Below are positions 46,604 to 55,806 of a DNA stretch of 64,000 nt, one piece after another (the stretch's first letter is position 1; each line of letters opens with the position of its first letter). The notes below the pieces were generated by a model. That model searched no databases. It was not told the DNA's origin and saw only the letters and a list, made by a program, of their open reading frames with translations. A program made the position numbers and the translations under genes. The stretch spans positions 1 through 64,000 of IMG/VR virus record IMGVR_UViG_3300009873_000007. One strand, given 5' to 3'. Origin of the DNA: a virus (lineage: Duplodnaviria; Caudoviricetes).

Positions 46604-46766
46604 TGCGTTGTGGAGTGCAGAGGGAACAGACAGCGCCGCCACGGTGCGCAATCGAGTGATGCAAGGTGTGGATGATGCCACACGCACTGAGGTGGAAGCG
46701 TTAGTCCGTGGCCGACGACTACTGTATACGCAACAGGCAACGCCAGAAAGTGCGGAAGCCGAATAG
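46551..46766 (+). CDS. hypothetical protein
   Basis: GGAG SD. Confidence 0.5.
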   Translation: MATKPPTQAERLYMLLADALWSAEGTDSAATVRNRVMQGVDDATRTEVEALVRGRRLLYTQQATPESAEAE

Positions 46767-46769
46767 GTG

Positions 46770-46951
46770 TGGTAGAATGAAAGTCGTTGCGGCCTCGACA
46801 GCGAACGCAGGCAGGTGAATACACCATCGAGGCTTACACTGGCGTCGGTGTGGATGGACACACAGGGATTGACCAACACGCAAACATCCTTTGAGGTGTA
46901 CCCGTAGGTGACGGTTTCAGCAGCCTACTAGCCGGATACCGGCACGCCAGT
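46770..46951 (+). ncRNA. highly structured intergenic RNA
   Basis: TG-N-TAGAAT extended -10, a three-way junction and a multi-arm junction closed by ACTGGCGT/ACGCCAGT. Confidence 0.55.
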
Positions 46952-46961
46952 ATAACTACAT

Positions 46962-47027
46962 ATCACGCTTAGAACGTTCTCGTTGACAAAGCGACAGTAT
47001 CCCATCGGGGGTATTGTCGCTTTTTTT
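46962..47027 (+). promoter_or_regulatory. antiterminator/terminator element, copy 3
   Basis: CGCTT-AG-AACG-ttct-CGTT-GACA-AAGCG overlaps GCGACAGTATCCC/GGGGGTATTGTCGC plus T7. Confidence 0.78.
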
Positions 47028-47038
47028 GTTTCCTATGT

Positions 47039-49771
47039 ATGTCCTTTTATTGCGAATGGCGTGCGCTAATCGGGCCACGATACGACCATTATAACTGGTG
47101 GCAGCTTAATTACGGTGCGACAACCGAATTAAGCTTTAACACGTTCCTCGCACAACCGATCCTCCCAAATTCGACAGTTATCACACCATCCTCGTTGACC
47201 TATTTTTCCACACCTGGCGGCGGCTTGTGGATTGGGCCAGGTGCGACCGGCGAACAATGGGCATATTTTCGCTACACTGGCACGACTGGCAGTCAGTTTG
47301 GTGGTCTCACCAAGCAACAGATCGATACTGAATATACCGGCAATCATTCGATCAATTCCATTGTCTACCAGTGGTATCCAGTGGATGGCGACGATGGTAC
47401 GTACATCCTCAACGAGATGAGCGATTCATCATTCGCCGCTGTAGGTATGTGGACGCTGAAGCTAAAAGGCGTCAACTTCCCGCAATGGGCGCTGCGCAAC
47501 AATCATCTCTGTGTAGTTCAGACTCGCACAAGTCCGACCGGCACATGGGCGATTCAGAACGTAGGCGTTATTGATGGGCCGGCGGTGCGTGATGACTGGC
47601 AGGGGTTGAGAGAATGGACAGTAACGGTTCGGTCGCTTGATTTTGTCTATGGTAAAAATCCGGTGAAGGGTGTCAAAGTTGGTCAGTTGAACGTCGCCAA
47701 ACTATCACAAGCTTCGGCGTCAATGCCGCTTGTCAATCCATTCGAGGAGCGTCACCGCGGCGAATTTAAGGCAGCGGAACCATCATTTGATGCTGGTGTA
47801 GTCATTGACGAAGACCCTGGTACGCTATGGATCGGGGAACGATACATCGGCAGTCAGTATCCGATTTATCGACAAGCGACTGAAGATGGAAACAATGGCA
47901 AATCCGGCGGCACATTCCATCAACTTTATTTGAATCCTCCTCCTGGCACGCCGCCGGGCGCACGGTGGATAGAGATTATCGTTCTATCTGGCGGCTTGAA
48001 CGGCTGGACGATTGTTTCCTCCAACGGCAATAATCGCACAGAGATTTGTAGTCTTGCCGGCGCTGGCGATGTAGAGAATGATCCAGATCGTAACCAATCC
48101 AAATTGATTATTTGTGAAGATCAAGAAGTTTTTACTCGTCTCAATCCACTGGCGCAACCTGGCGCAATTATCGAGCGCCGTGCGTGGTTTCGGCACATTC
48201 GAGCGGCGGGCGGTGATCTGTGGTTGCGACAACCACAGCTAGGATTTTGGTACAACCGTGTGGCCTGGGGTGACGGCAATTATGGTAGCGATCCCTGGCC
48301 GGATCACGAGGATGCGCCAGAGCGGGCATTTGGTGGTGGCATGATTCGAGCGCCAGGGCCAGGAGAAAATATCCGCTATATGTTTAGCGGTAATGCTCAA
48401 AATCTTGCCAACAGTGGGAATACCCACTGGCGAGTTGAGCTAATCAAAAATGCCGGATACGAGATTACGACCTCACCGGATGAATGGGTGATGATTACCT
48501 TGCCGCCGCTGGGGTTAAAACTTACTGCGGATATTTCATTTGAGCGACCATCGGCGGGCGAAACATTACGGATTAGTAATGACGGCGGGCCATCCACAGC
48601 AGGGCTACCGGATAGTGGTACATTGCTATTTGCGGCGGAGCAAATCACCTACAACGGCAAAACCACTGACGGTGTAACGGTTGTGGCTCGTGGCGCAAAC
48701 AGTACCATTGCCGATGACCACAAGGCGGGAGATACGGTTTATCTCCTCGTCAGCGGCATTGCAACCGATGGGCAACTCGTCAAATCCGTTGGATGGTATC
48801 GTTATCTCGGACTCATCAACCCCAAAAATTTTACTTTTCGATACTCTCTCCTTGCTGGCAATGCTCGCGATCCTGGTCAACCTGACTGGCAGAACGATTG
48901 GCAAAATGCCGTAGTCGATTTTGATAATTACACAGCGCCGCAATGGGAGTATTTTTTTAGTCCGTCCATTCGAGCGAAGCATTTATTGCTGCAAATCGAA
49001 CGGATGAATGTCGATCCGGCTCGTGCCAGGGTGAATGAGATCAGGGCGATTCTCGATCCTGCGGCGTACTCCTCTGATCTGTGGCTGCCGGATGGTCAGC
49101 CGTCATTTGCGGTATTGCGTGCCATCATCCTGCAGTCCGGCTATCCTGTGGATGCCATTAGCTATGAGAACGCTAATTCACCAACCATCAGCGATGTGAT
49201 CACCGCAGATGATACCATGTGGACGGTGGCAGTAGATTTTGCTGAGTACGCCAACTGTCAGATTAGGGTGCGTAGGGATAGCAAGATTGAACTCTATAAC
49301 AATCCACTGTGGACAAACACACTAGCACCGTCATTCACCTGGACGGATGAAAATACCGCTGCTGTGGATGTCAACTGGCAGAACGGCATCGGCGTCAATC
49401 AGGTCAAATTGAAATGGAAACGGTTCAACGCTAGTGAGAGCGGCGAACAATCGTATCCATCCACACCGCAGGCGGTTGGTCAGCCATTAGAGCTTGACGA
49501 GGTGAGATACGCCAACGACGCTGCGATGCTGGCGGCTATCCGTCGCAAATTCACGCTCGCACGCTATCCAACATTGATTGATGTTGAGTCCGCCGATGCG
49601 CAACCGACTTTCCGGCCAGGGGGAGTGTGCAAGACGCAATGGCGACTACATGGGGAGATGAATGCGTTAGATCGTACTTGTTTCGTTGTGGAAGCGCAGC
49701 ATTCGATTGAGGAAAATCAGTGGTATACGGCGGCGTCATTGCAGCAGGTGGGGAGGGAGCAAGAAGACTAA
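47039..49771 (+). CDS. tail tip/hub protein
   Basis: 910 aa after the tape measure region; hub-like C-terminus. Confidence 0.7.
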   Translation: MSFYCEWRALIGPRYDHYNWWQLNYGATTELSFNTFLAQPILPNSTVITPSSLTYFSTPGGGLWIGPGATGEQWAYFRYTGTTGSQFGGLTKQQIDTEYTGNHSINSIVYQWYPVDGDDGTYILNEMSDSSFAAVGMWTLKLKGVNFPQWALRNNHLCVVQTRTSPTGTWAIQNVGVIDGPAVRDDWQGLREWTVTVRSLDFVYGKNPVKGVKVGQLNVAKLSQASASMPLVNPFEERHRGEFKAAEPSFDAGVVIDEDPGTLWIGERYIGSQYPIYRQATEDGNNGKSGGTFHQLYLNPPPGTPPGARWIEIIVLSGGLNGWTIVSSNGNNRTEICSLAGAGDVENDPDRNQSKLIICEDQEVFTRLNPLAQPGAIIERRAWFRHIRAAGGDLWLRQPQLGFWYNRVAWGDGNYGSDPWPDHEDAPERAFGGGMIRAPGPGENIRYMFSGNAQNLANSGNTHWRVELIKNAGYEITTSPDEWVMITLPPLGLKLTADISFERPSAGETLRISNDGGPSTAGLPDSGTLLFAAEQITYNGKTTDGVTVVARGANSTIADDHKAGDTVYLLVSGIATDGQLVKSVGWYRYLGLINPKNFTFRYSLLAGNARDPGQPDWQNDWQNAVVDFDNYTAPQWEYFFSPSIRAKHLLLQIERMNVDPARARVNEIRAILDPAAYSSDLWLPDGQPSFAVLRAIILQSGYPVDAISYENANSPTISDVITADDTMWTVAVDFAEYANCQIRVRRDSKIELYNNPLWTNTLAPSFTWTDENTAAVDVNWQNGIGVNQVKLKWKRFNASESGEQSYPSTPQAVGQPLELDEVRYANDAAMLAAIRRKFTLARYPTLIDVESADAQPTFRPGGVCKTQWRLHGEMNALDRTCFVVEAQHSIEENQWYTAASLQQVGREQED

Positions 49772-52700
49772 TGGCAACCACACCACGTATCCGCCGAATG
49801 CAGGCACGGCGCAATCTTCGTGACCTGAAATCAACGCTATCGGACAATTACAGCACCAACGAAACCACACGTACTGCCACGGCGTGGGGGCGTGGCTATG
49901 TGCAGATCAATGGGCAACTCTATCCTGGCTCGTTAGATGGGCCTGCGGGTGAGGTCATCAATGCAGGCAGACCAGCGGCGGCGAACTATGTGCCAAAAAC
50001 CGGCGCTGGTGTGGTTGTCGTGAATGGCAGCGTTAGCGGTAGTGGCGATGTGGGTGCGGCTGGTGGCAGCATCAATGGCACTGTACGATGGCGTGATATT
50101 GATTTTACCGGATCAAATATCACGAGTGTACAGACCAGACGGCTAGGCGATCTTCAGGGTCTTGGTGAAGATGTGCTACCTCAGTACGTTCACAAAGACA
50201 ACGCACGCACGATCACTGCACAACACACGTTTGCGCCAGAAACAGCCAAAGCGCCGTTTGTCCTCGGTTCGTTGGCGCTGGGCCAGCTAGTCACTGGCCT
50301 AAATAGTCAATATGTTGGCGGCCAGCTTGAAAACGTATTCATGCGGAAATACGCCAACAGTCCGCTAGATATGAATCAATATCAAATAACAAGTAATGAT
50401 GCTGATATTGCAACGTATCTAGGTCGTATTGCATTAGGTGGTATGCAATTTGCCGGTCATGCTGGATTTAGCCATCGTGCGCAGGTAGGACAGGGCAGTT
50501 TTGCTTTGTTGCAGAACGCCAGCGGCGACACTATCATAAACGCTGCCAACACTCGCACGCTCCATTTTCGCATCAACAATCAAAACAAGTTGCAATTATC
50601 CGCTTCTACATTTCGGATGTTTGCTGACACCGATTCTACGGTCTACGCCGGGTATAGTGCTATCGGCCACATGGGTCATCTCGGCTATGCGGGATTTGCT
50701 CACCAGAATCAGGCAACACAGACAGGATATGCACTATTACAGGATGGTGGCGGACATACACTCCTAAATGCAGCAACGAGCCGTTCTATCTTCCTCAAAA
50801 CCGGCAACGTCAATCAATTATCCATTTCTTCTGGATTGATGAACGTCCACAGCGCCGTGGCGGTATCGACGGACAACTATCAAAGCCAGGTGCGTGGGTG
50901 GCGGCTAACCTACAGCGGCGAGGCGGATTTCCGCTATCTCTATGTTGATGAGATGCACGCCAAGCTGTTTATTGCTGACTTGGAACAAGCGTTAGCTGGC
51001 GGTCAGATCATCGCAAAATCGGTGTGTCTATTAGCTCAAGTGTTTACAGCACCATCGCCAGGGGGAGCACCGGTGATTCTGCGGGTGCGGGATTTGCCCT
51101 CCGCTCCAGGCATGGCGGTCTTTCAGCCAAATGACATCATCCGTTTGCGCATTATGAGCCGTGCAAATGGCAGTTTGATTCTCTCCGATTGTTGGGGCAA
51201 AGTCGATAATTTCATTCCCGCCGGCGATGGCACGCAAGCCTGGGATTTCTTTCGCTCGGCAACGCCGAACGCCGGGAGTATGAGCGCAGGCCATCAAGTG
51301 CCTGTGGATAGCATCGTACTCGACTATGGCACGAGTGGCAACGGCTTCCATGAGATCAACGCCATTGATGGTCGGTATGGAGCGAACTCACCATACAGCC
51401 AGCTAGTGACCTGGACGGATCATCCAGCGACGGGTCAGGTTGTCCGAGTGCGTACCGGCAATCTAACAGGGTTGAACTTCCCCGGCGAATTTGGATTTTA
51501 CACGCAAGGATCGACCAATTCGCAGTATCTCAAAGCGACTAATACCGGTCTCACCCTGCGCAATGCCGATGTGAGAGCGTACAATGGATCGCTGCCGACC
51601 GTCCACATTAGCAGCGCCGATGGTTCGATGAAACTTGGTGCTGACATCAATAATCCCGCGCTGACCACATTCGATTTTGTCGGCACAAATGGTGCATGGC
51701 GATTAGGGCCAGTCGGAACCAACAAGCCGAATCTGTACTGGACAGCCACGGAAATGCAGTTGCGAATGAACGCAACGCCAGTCATCACGCTAGACGCCAG
51801 CGGCAACAGCTATTTCTCTGGCGTAATGACCATCGGCACATCTGGCGAGATTCGTCAGGGTAGTGGGTCATTAGCCGCCAACAGTTTCACTGGTCTACGC
51901 ATCCATCGCAGCGGTGAGGTAGGGTTGATCACCGGTTACAATGGCAGCATTCCGCAATGGTACGCTAGTACCGATGGTAGAATGTATGCTGGCGGCGGCA
52001 ATGTCGTATTGTCCGCCGATGGCATCGATTTGCAAGCCGATACGACGCCATCCGATGGCCGTAAAGTCATTTCCTGGTGGCAGAATGTCGGCACTCGCAC
52101 CGGCAACGCACAATCAACCATCCGTGGATTTGCCGATCCGGTGTTTCAGGCAGAGACATTAGAGTTATCGGTTCGTGGATCACAGACTAGAAACATAAGC
52201 GCCATTCGTCTACTTGCAACAAACAACGCTGGCACAACCAGCTATTTGCAGATGTTCAGCACTGACGGCATCTCCACAAATACCGGTCTAGCGGTTGTGC
52301 CTGACCCACAGGCCATTAACGCCACTCTGGGACTTATTCCCGGCCAGATTCGCACCCACTGGCTGGCAATGAAAAGCACAACAACACCGGCGGTTGTGAG
52401 CGGTCACGCCATGATGTATCAGGATAGCGCCGATAATGGCATCAAGGTGCTGTTTGATAGTGGCGTATCATATCGGGTTTTCGATCCGCTTGCCGTGGGT
52501 TTTACGTCTCTCACACTCGGCACTGGCTGGGCGTTCTGGGGAGCACCGTATCATCCGCTAATGTATACTCGCCAGTACAACGGCGTAATTGAGGTACGAG
52601 GGTTGGTTAAGGCAACCACAGCAACGCCAGCTACCGCAATCGCTGTCATGCCAGCGGGATCACGGCCACCGTACCGATTGATTTTTGCCTGCATGAGCAT

Positions 52701-52833
52701 CAATGGTGATGGCAATACGGCAGCAGTGCGACGTGTGGATGTGGACACGAACGGGGAAATTACGCCAACCGGTTGGACACCAGGGTTAAATGACTGGATT
52801 TCAATTCATTTGATTTATTCACGAGGAGGGTAA
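49771..52833 (+). CDS. tail fibre/receptor-binding protein
   Basis: Gly-rich beta repeats with an internal duplication (AGFSH.AQ..QGSFALLQ / AGFAH.NQ..QTGYALLQ); C-terminal VIEVRGLV...MPAGSRP. Confidence 0.8.
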   Translation: MATTPRIRRMQARRNLRDLKSTLSDNYSTNETTRTATAWGRGYVQINGQLYPGSLDGPAGEVINAGRPAAANYVPKTGAGVVVVNGSVSGSGDVGAAGGSINGTVRWRDIDFTGSNITSVQTRRLGDLQGLGEDVLPQYVHKDNARTITAQHTFAPETAKAPFVLGSLALGQLVTGLNSQYVGGQLENVFMRKYANSPLDMNQYQITSNDADIATYLGRIALGGMQFAGHAGFSHRAQVGQGSFALLQNASGDTIINAANTRTLHFRINNQNKLQLSASTFRMFADTDSTVYAGYSAIGHMGHLGYAGFAHQNQATQTGYALLQDGGGHTLLNAATSRSIFLKTGNVNQLSISSGLMNVHSAVAVSTDNYQSQVRGWRLTYSGEADFRYLYVDEMHAKLFIADLEQALAGGQIIAKSVCLLAQVFTAPSPGGAPVILRVRDLPSAPGMAVFQPNDIIRLRIMSRANGSLILSDCWGKVDNFIPAGDGTQAWDFFRSATPNAGSMSAGHQVPVDSIVLDYGTSGNGFHEINAIDGRYGANSPYSQLVTWTDHPATGQVVRVRTGNLTGLNFPGEFGFYTQGSTNSQYLKATNTGLTLRNADVRAYNGSLPTVHISSADGSMKLGADINNPALTTFDFVGTNGAWRLGPVGTNKPNLYWTATEMQLRMNATPVITLDASGNSYFSGVMTIGTSGEIRQGSGSLAANSFTGLRIHRSGEVGLITGYNGSIPQWYASTDGRMYAGGGNVVLSADGIDLQADTTPSDGRKVISWWQNVGTRTGNAQSTIRGFADPVFQAETLELSVRGSQTRNISAIRLLATNNAGTTSYLQMFSTDGISTNTGLAVVPDPQAINATLGLIPGQIRTHWLAMKSTTTPAVVSGHAMMYQDSADNGIKVLFDSGVSYRVFDPLAVGFTSLTLGTGWAFWGAPYHPLMYTRQYNGVIEVRGLVKATTATPATAIAVMPAGSRPPYRLIFACMSINGDGNTAAVRRVDVDTNGEITPTGWTPGLNDWISIHLIYSRGG

Positions 52834-52834
52834 C

Positions 52835-53038
52835 ATGAGGGAAATAATCATCGAGCGTCGCAAGGCGCTGATCAGTGATCTTGAGACGCTCGACAAACAA
52901 ATTCTGACGTTGGAAGCGAGGTTGAATGAGGCAACAGAACTCAGGATTCGGATGTCGGGTGCGGTTCAGGTTCTTGATGAGTTGTTGAATCCGGCGGCTT
53001 CAACGCTTGAATCGCCAGAGGCAACTCCTCAGTCGTGA
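52835..53038 (+). CDS. small coiled-coil protein (fibre chaperone-like)
   Basis: GGAGG SD; heptads. Confidence 0.7.
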   Translation: MREIIIERRKALISDLETLDKQILTLEARLNEATELRIRMSGAVQVLDELLNPAASTLESPEATPQS

Positions 53039-53117
53039 TTGGGTGAAATGCACTTAACAATAGTAACTCGATTTCATCTTCGGTTAGTTCATCGCAAATC
53101 AATTCGTCTATCATCAT
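52941..53117 (-). CDS. small acidic protein (58 aa, not in track)
   Basis: AAAGGAGAAT SD as in neighbouring genes; MMIDELICDELTEDEIELLL... Confidence 0.45.
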   Translation of the reverse strand: MMIDELICDELTEDEIELLLLSAFHPITTEELPLAIQALKPPDSTTHQEPEPHPTSES

Positions 53118-53136
53118 ATTCTCCTTTCAATACTAG

Positions 53137-53165
53137 CCCGGCGCAGATGTGGCCGGGCTTTGTTG
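53137..53165. terminator. hairpin at the late/early convergence
   Basis: AGCCCGGC/GCCGGGCT followed by TTGTT on the plus strand. Confidence 0.6.
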
Positions 53166-53187
53166 GTGGGCAGGGCGCTGAGGGCTA

Positions 53188-53487
53188 CTACGCTGCGTTA
53201 AGTTCCAACGACAGGGGGAAGGCCGTTTTCTGCTGCCCGCCCCGCCAGACGTTGAGAAAATCGTGCCACAATCGCAACGACTCCTCGTTGTGCTTCACAA
53301 TCCACATCTTTGCGCCGTCAACTACTAGCGCATGTTCCTCCCACACGCCGGATACTTCGTCACCGGCCTTCGCCAACGCCAGCGCAAGAGGCTGGCAGAT
53401 GACCATGTGAGATTTGGCGGTACGCTGCCGCATGGCCTCTAGGCCGCTGTCAAAATCTTCTTGTGTGACGGTCGTCTGGATTTTCAT
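53188..53487 (-). CDS. hypothetical early protein
   Basis: GAGGAG SD. Confidence 0.75.
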   Translation of the reverse strand: MKIQTTVTQEDFDSGLEAMRQRTAKSHMVICQPLALALAKAGDEVSGVWEEHALVVDGAKMWIVKHNEESLRLWHDFLNVWRGGQQKTAFPLSLELNAA

Positions 53488-53559
53488 GTCGTTCTCCTCC
53501 CCGCATCTAAGGCGGCGGGGCTGCCAGTGTGGCCGGGCTAGTTGCTGATTACACTGCGC

Positions 53560-53886
53560 CTATCGTTCGCACAGGTGAGGTGGTAATTTTCCCCCGTTCA
53601 ACTTCTGAAATAGTCCCCCCCCCCAAAGGGGGAGGTTCAGGGCGATAGCCTGCTCGATGGCTTCGTCCTGAATCCAGGGGGGGAGATTATCGGACGCCAA
53701 GAACCACTCACAACCAACCATGTTCCGGTCGTATGCCCCCCAGCGCAAGACCGCCAACATGCGGTCTTGCTCGTCTTTTGGCTCGTTTGCCAAGCCGTAC
53801 CGCTTCTTCGTTTTCGACACAACCGCCAGAATTGTTGGTCGGTCTTCATAATCGCCATCATTCGTTTTGCCAAAATCGATTTTCAT
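53560..53886 (-). CDS. hypothetical early protein
   Basis: AAAGGAGAAT SD within repeat. Confidence 0.75.
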   Translation of the reverse strand: MKIDFGKTNDGDYEDRPTILAVVSKTKKRYGLANEPKDEQDRMLAVLRWGAYDRNMVGCEWFLASDNLPPWIQDEAIEQAIALNLPLWGGGLFQKLNGGKLPPHLCER

Positions 53887-53933
53887 CTCATTCTCCTTTG
53901 CCGCACTGGGCGGCGGGGCTGCCAGTGTGGTTG

Positions 53934-54239
53934 TCAGGCCAGCTTGCTGCGTTCGAATAGTAGACGCTCGGCCAAAGCGAACTCGACTGCGGGATGTGCC
54001 TGCACCTCGACCTTGCAGGCGTGGGCCGGGGTGTCCCAGGCAATCAGGGTGTCCCCCTCGTGGAGGGAGAGTTGGTGGCGAAAGGCCGATGTCGGCTGGC
54101 CTTCTGCGTACTCCGCTCGCAAGCTGTTGACGTAATCTTCCACCGCTGCGGCCAGTGCTTGACGCTGCGCTAGCGTTGGCGGATTTCCAAACACTGGCTT
54201 ATTTTCTGCCAAAAATTGATTGAGTTGATTAAGGTTCAT
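53934..54239 (-). CDS. hypothetical early protein
   Basis: Repeat-associated SD. Confidence 0.75.
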   Translation of the reverse strand: MNLNQLNQFLAENKPVFGNPPTLAQRQALAAAVEDYVNSLRAEYAEGQPTSAFRHQLSLHEGDTLIAWDTPAHACKVEVQAHPAVEFALAERLLFERSKLA

Positions 54240-54270
54240 CTCATTCTCTCCTTTGCCGCACTCTGCGCCG

Positions 54271-54573
54271 TCAATTTCCGTATGTAACTGCGTGCCACAG
54301 CCTGCCGGTGGCATCCCGGCGGCAAGGCCAGCCGTGCGTGCCGGGGCCGCACTGGATACTAATGCAACGGGGGCGGCGAATGCCGTCGGCTTTCGATTTG
54401 TGGTGGTGTGGATTTGGAACTTCTATCACCACCGGGAATCCGCCACGAAGAACGATATGGCTGACATCGGCAAGTGAAAATCCGAATGCTTGCACGGCAT
54501 TTAAAACGATGTCTTTGCCTGCGACTTCGATTAATTCCTGCGTCATTTCGGCATCATATTGTTGGCTGTTCAT
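54271..54573 (-). CDS. hypothetical early protein
   Basis: Repeat-associated SD. Confidence 0.75.
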   Translation of the reverse strand: MNSQQYDAEMTQELIEVAGKDIVLNAVQAFGFSLADVSHIVLRGGFPVVIEVPNPHHHKSKADGIRRPRCISIQCGPGTHGWPCRRDATGRLWHAVTYGN

Positions 54574-54600
54574 CTTATTCTCCTTTGCCGCACTGGGCGG

Positions 54601-54888
54601 CTAGTTGCTGAAACTAAACTCTGCTATCACTCTCTCGACTGCTTCCATGTCTTCCGCCATCCATTGCGGCCAGGTAGCGAAGCCACGAGCTTCGAGTTCG
54701 CTGATGCGCTGGCGAAGGTAGCTGATGGCGTGGCGGAGTCCTTCGGTGTCGCTTAACTCACTGTGGTATAGCCGGTCAACTGCCAGCGTAATTGTCTCTG
54801 TGTGGCTGAGTGTCAGCCGTGATTGCAATTCGTTTAACTGGCGTTCGGTTAACTGATTAATGCGTAGGTTCTTTTGTGTTTTTGCCAT
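54601..54888 (-). CDS. putative ribbon-helix-helix protein
   Basis: KTQKNLRI...RQLNEL...TETITLAVDRLY. Confidence 0.6.
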   Translation of the reverse strand: MAKTQKNLRINQLTERQLNELQSRLTLSHTETITLAVDRLYHSELSDTEGLRHAISYLRQRISELEARGFATWPQWMAEDMEAVERVIAEFSFSN

Positions 54889-54932
54889 GTGCGTCACCCG
54901 GATTGGATTCGGCTCCGGGTGGGCCGAATTCG

Positions 54933-55133
54933 TTAGGCGGTCAGGTTCTCAACGATAATGTCAATCGCTTGTTGTTCGGTGAGTCCGGCGACTTCTTCGC
55001 CGTTGTCGCAGACACTATACGTGCCGTCTGCGTTCAGAACCAGCACCGTGGTGTCTGCTACCGATTCCGGCTCACCTACTGCTACCACATCCATTGCATC
55101 CTGCGCTAATTGTTTGGCTTGTTTGGCGTTCAT
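54933..55133 (-). CDS. small acidic early protein
   Basis: GAAAGGA SD. Confidence 0.7.
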   Translation of the reverse strand: MNAKQAKQLAQDAMDVVAVGEPESVADTTVLVLNADGTYSVCDNGEEVAGLTEQQAIDIIVENLTA

Positions 55134-55188
55134 TGTTCGTTCCTTTCTGTTGGTTGGTGTGCCAGGCGGGGGACACCCGGCGGGGCGC

Positions 55189-55380
55189 TTACTGATTCTC
55201 AATCTGTTCTCGTAGTCGGTACGCATCACGCCGCAATTGATTGCGTCGCTGTGCGGTCTCTGCGTTGCACACATCCGCACGGAAGGCTAGGTCGTTGCGG
55301 CAACGCTCAACAATTACGCTGTCATTCTGCGCCCACGTGGGCAGGTCGCTGGCGTTAAACCTCGTGTTGATGGTGGTCAT
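55189..55380 (-). CDS. hypothetical early protein
   Basis: AAAGGA SD; first gene after a promoter. Confidence 0.7.
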   Translation of the reverse strand: MTTINTRFNASDLPTWAQNDSVIVERCRNDLAFRADVCNAETAQRRNQLRRDAYRLREQIENQ

Positions 55381-55466
55381 TGTTCTTTGTCCTTTGGTTA
55401 TCTCCGGCGCTCGATGGCCGGGTACTCACTCTGTAGAGTCGTTATCTGTTTGCTTCTGATGGATTC

Positions 55467-55495
55467 AGTATAGCATATAGATATACGGTTGTCAA
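55467..55495 (-). promoter_or_regulatory. early promoter
   Basis: TTGACA-17 nt-TATACT. Confidence 0.85.
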
Positions 55496-55515
55496 TAGGG
55501 TTGAGTGACGGGTTT

Positions 55516-55722
55516 TCAAGAAGACGATAATTTTAAGGTTCGCCGCGCCATCGCTCGCCTCACCCGCCGCACCTCCTCCACACTGAGCGAGTTGCGCACC
55601 TGCTGCGCCGTCGCCTGGTGTGGAGTCCAGTAGCCAACTTCGCCGGTATCGGTGAGGGTGGCGATGAGTGCGCCGCCGGCTACGAGTGTGTCGAGGTGAA
55701 CGAGTAATTCTTTCTGCGTCAT
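55516..55722 (-). CDS. hypothetical protein
   Basis: AGGAGG SD inside a terminator arm. Confidence 0.6.
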   Translation of the reverse strand: MTQKELLVHLDTLVAGGALIATLTDTGEVGYWTPHQATAQQVRNSLSVEEVRRVRRAMARRTLKLSSS

Positions 55723-55779
55723 AAAAAAAGCCTCCTGGGTGATTATGAGTGGTGTACTCACTATATCACGACAGGAGGC
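55723..55779 (-). terminator. long-stem intrinsic terminator after the Csx15-like gene
   Basis: GCCTCCTG...CAGGAGGC followed by T7. Confidence 0.75.
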
Positions 55780-55806
55780 GGAAAGACGCAACTCTGGCGA
55801 AACTCG

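Larger units (their letters stand above)
53891..54611 (-). repeat. start-associated repeats GCCGCCCAGTGCGGCAAAGGAGAAT
   Basis: Copies at 53891-53930, 54247-54262, 54578-54611; a partial copy at 53492-53548. Confidence 0.85.

Noticed and set aside
46421-46879. 152-aa minus-strand ORF
   Set aside because: No SD, low-complexity Ser/Arg composition, and it overlaps two plus-strand ORFs and the structured RNA.
53490-54611. CRISPR array or integron cassettes
   Set aside because: The repeats are degenerate, separated by whole genes of 300-350 bp, contain SD sequences and lack attC features; no integrase is nearby.
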